Source: Vibrio vulnificus CMCP6 (GTDB taxonomy: Bacteria > Pseudomonadota > Gammaproteobacteria > Enterobacterales > Vibrionaceae). Taken from it: a DNA stretch of 32,000 nt. The DNA lies in contig NC_004459.3 of NCBI RefSeq assembly GCF_000039765.1, positions 540,001 to 572,000 on the forward strand, in the 5' to 3' direction. Both the position numbers and the translations under genes were made by a program. Position 1 is the first letter of the stretch, and each line of letters begins with the position of its first letter. The notes under the pieces are model-generated. The model was not told the origin of the DNA. It was given only the letters and a program-made list of their open reading frames with translations, and did not search any database. This document shows positions 30,986-32,000 of the stretch, piece after piece.

Positions 30986-31939
30986 ATGACAGAGCTGTTT
31001 GATCAACTCTATGCCAACGGTGCGCTCCTCATTCTTTGGGGAGCGTTACTGTTCCATCTCATTATCCCGATTCCACGCTCCTCTCATCCCGTCACACTCT
31101 GGCACAAATTTGCACAGCTGTTGGCAGATAAAGTCAATACCCAACAAAGCTATCAACAAAGCCTCATCTCAGGCCATTTAGCGTTATTGTTGATGCTGTT
31201 TCCTTGTTTAGCGGTCCTGTTTGCTTTAAAACCCTTGGTTTGGCAACCGCAGCTATTTGAACTTGCATTGCTGCTGTTGGCGCTAGATTGGCGCAGTAAC
31301 GAGAGCCTCGCCAAAGCGCTGATTCGTGCTATGGCTAATGAGGATAAAGCTGCGGCAAGAAGCCTATTGGCCCCCTACCTCAATCGAGAAACCACCACCC
31401 TCTCCCAACTTGGTATCGGCAAAGCCGCTGCAGAGACCTTGATCATGGGATATGGGAGAAATGTCGTTGGCGTTCTCTTTTGGTTTGCGCTTTCAGGCGG
31501 CATTGGGGCATTGATGTATCGCCTCACGATTGAACTAGCAAGAGCCTGGTCACCAAGTCGCGCCAACTATGCGCCATTTGGTGTGGCCACCGTGCGATTC
31601 GCCGCAGTACTGGATTTTATTCCGCTGCGTTTATTTGCCGTTATGATCCTGCTTGGTCAACACACAGGTCAAACATGGCAAGGCATGCGTCAACAAGTCG
31701 CTTCTTGGCCATTGCCGGGTCCGGCTTGGTTACTGTGTGCCGTAGGCAACAAGCTGCAACTCTCTTTGGGAGGGCCAGCGATTTATCAAGGTAAAAGAGC
31801 CGAAAGAGCCAAAATTGGTGGACGCATTGCGCCCTCCGCTTTGCATATTGATCAGCTACAACATTTATTAGCACGTAGGATCCTAGTTTGGATTTTGCTT
31901 CAGAGCCTACTTATGGGGCTTATTTATCAAGGGATATGA
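30986..31939 (+). CDS. cobD: CobD/CbiB family membrane protein (adenosylcobinamide-phosphate synthase family)
   Basis: 317 aa and polytopic. It has an N-terminal HPV motif (SSHPVTLWHKF) and the overall CobD/CbiB layout. It starts 11 nt after mtnN. Confidence 0.75.
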   Translation: MTELFDQLYANGALLILWGALLFHLIIPIPRSSHPVTLWHKFAQLLADKVNTQQSYQQSLISGHLALLLMLFPCLAVLFALKPLVWQPQLFELALLLLALDWRSNESLAKALIRAMANEDKAAARSLLAPYLNRETTTLSQLGIGKAAAETLIMGYGRNVVGVLFWFALSGGIGALMYRLTIELARAWSPSRANYAPFGVATVRFAAVLDFIPLRLFAVMILLGQHTGQTWQGMRQQVASWPLPGPAWLLCAVGNKLQLSLGGPAIYQGKRAERAKIGGRIAPSALHIDQLQHLLARRILVWILLQSLLMGLIYQGI

Positions 31940-32000
31940 TGAAAACTCTCTCTTCACTTCTTCTACTGTTTTCGGTCAGTTTACAAGCAGCCCCCATTGA
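31936..32000 (+). CDS. btuF: Probable periplasmic vitamin B12-binding protein; N-terminal fragment only
   Basis: ATGATG overlaps the cobD stop (ATGA). MMKTLSSLLLLFSVSLQAAPI is a signal peptide. The identity is inferred mainly from the E. coli mtnN-btuF linkage, since only 21 codons are visible. Confidence 0.4.
   Translation, partial: MMKTLSSLLLLFSVSLQAAPI

Overview
Gene-dense core-chromosome segment of a gamma-proteobacterium. The protein sequences and gene order look like Vibrio (V. cholerae-like chromosome 1), but I cannot confirm this without a database. Gene order: hemerythrin-like (partial, -), ung (-), nfo (-), grcA (+), thrC-thrB-thrA-thrL (-), small OMP-like gene (+), rraA (-), DUF3293-like (-), arcA (+), lipoprotein (-), arcB (-), PAS-GGDEF (-), yhcC-type radical SAM (-), gltB/gltD pair 1 (+), gltB/gltD pair 2 (+), DUF1499-like lipoprotein (+), mtnN (+), cobD/cbiB (+), btuF (partial, +). 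I saw no rRNA or tRNA genes, CRISPR arrays, transposases, integrases or recognisable defence or toxin modules, so this is mostly ordinary housekeeping DNA and I found no convincing novel multi-gene system. Several ORF-track starts look too long and were trimmed by homology and Shine-Dalgarno position: ung, grcA, thrA, rraA, the GGDEF gene, yhcC, gltB-2, gltD-2 and the DUF1499-like gene. The points worth a second look are: (1) two complete glutamate synthase operons of different lineages in tandem; (2) a phased GATC-containing triple repeat and a 14-bp palindrome in the thrL/OMP divergent spacer; (3) arcA and arcB adjacent and convergent, with a lipoprotein gene translationally coupled to arcB, and an ArcB that has a single cysteine; (4) a perfect FNR box, an ArcA-type direct repeat and a structured leader upstream of arcA; (5) a 46-codon ORF with a perfect SD between nfo and ung; (6) an sRNA-like 3' UTR after gltD-1. 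All regulatory calls come from reading motifs by eye and have not been checked experimentally or computationally.
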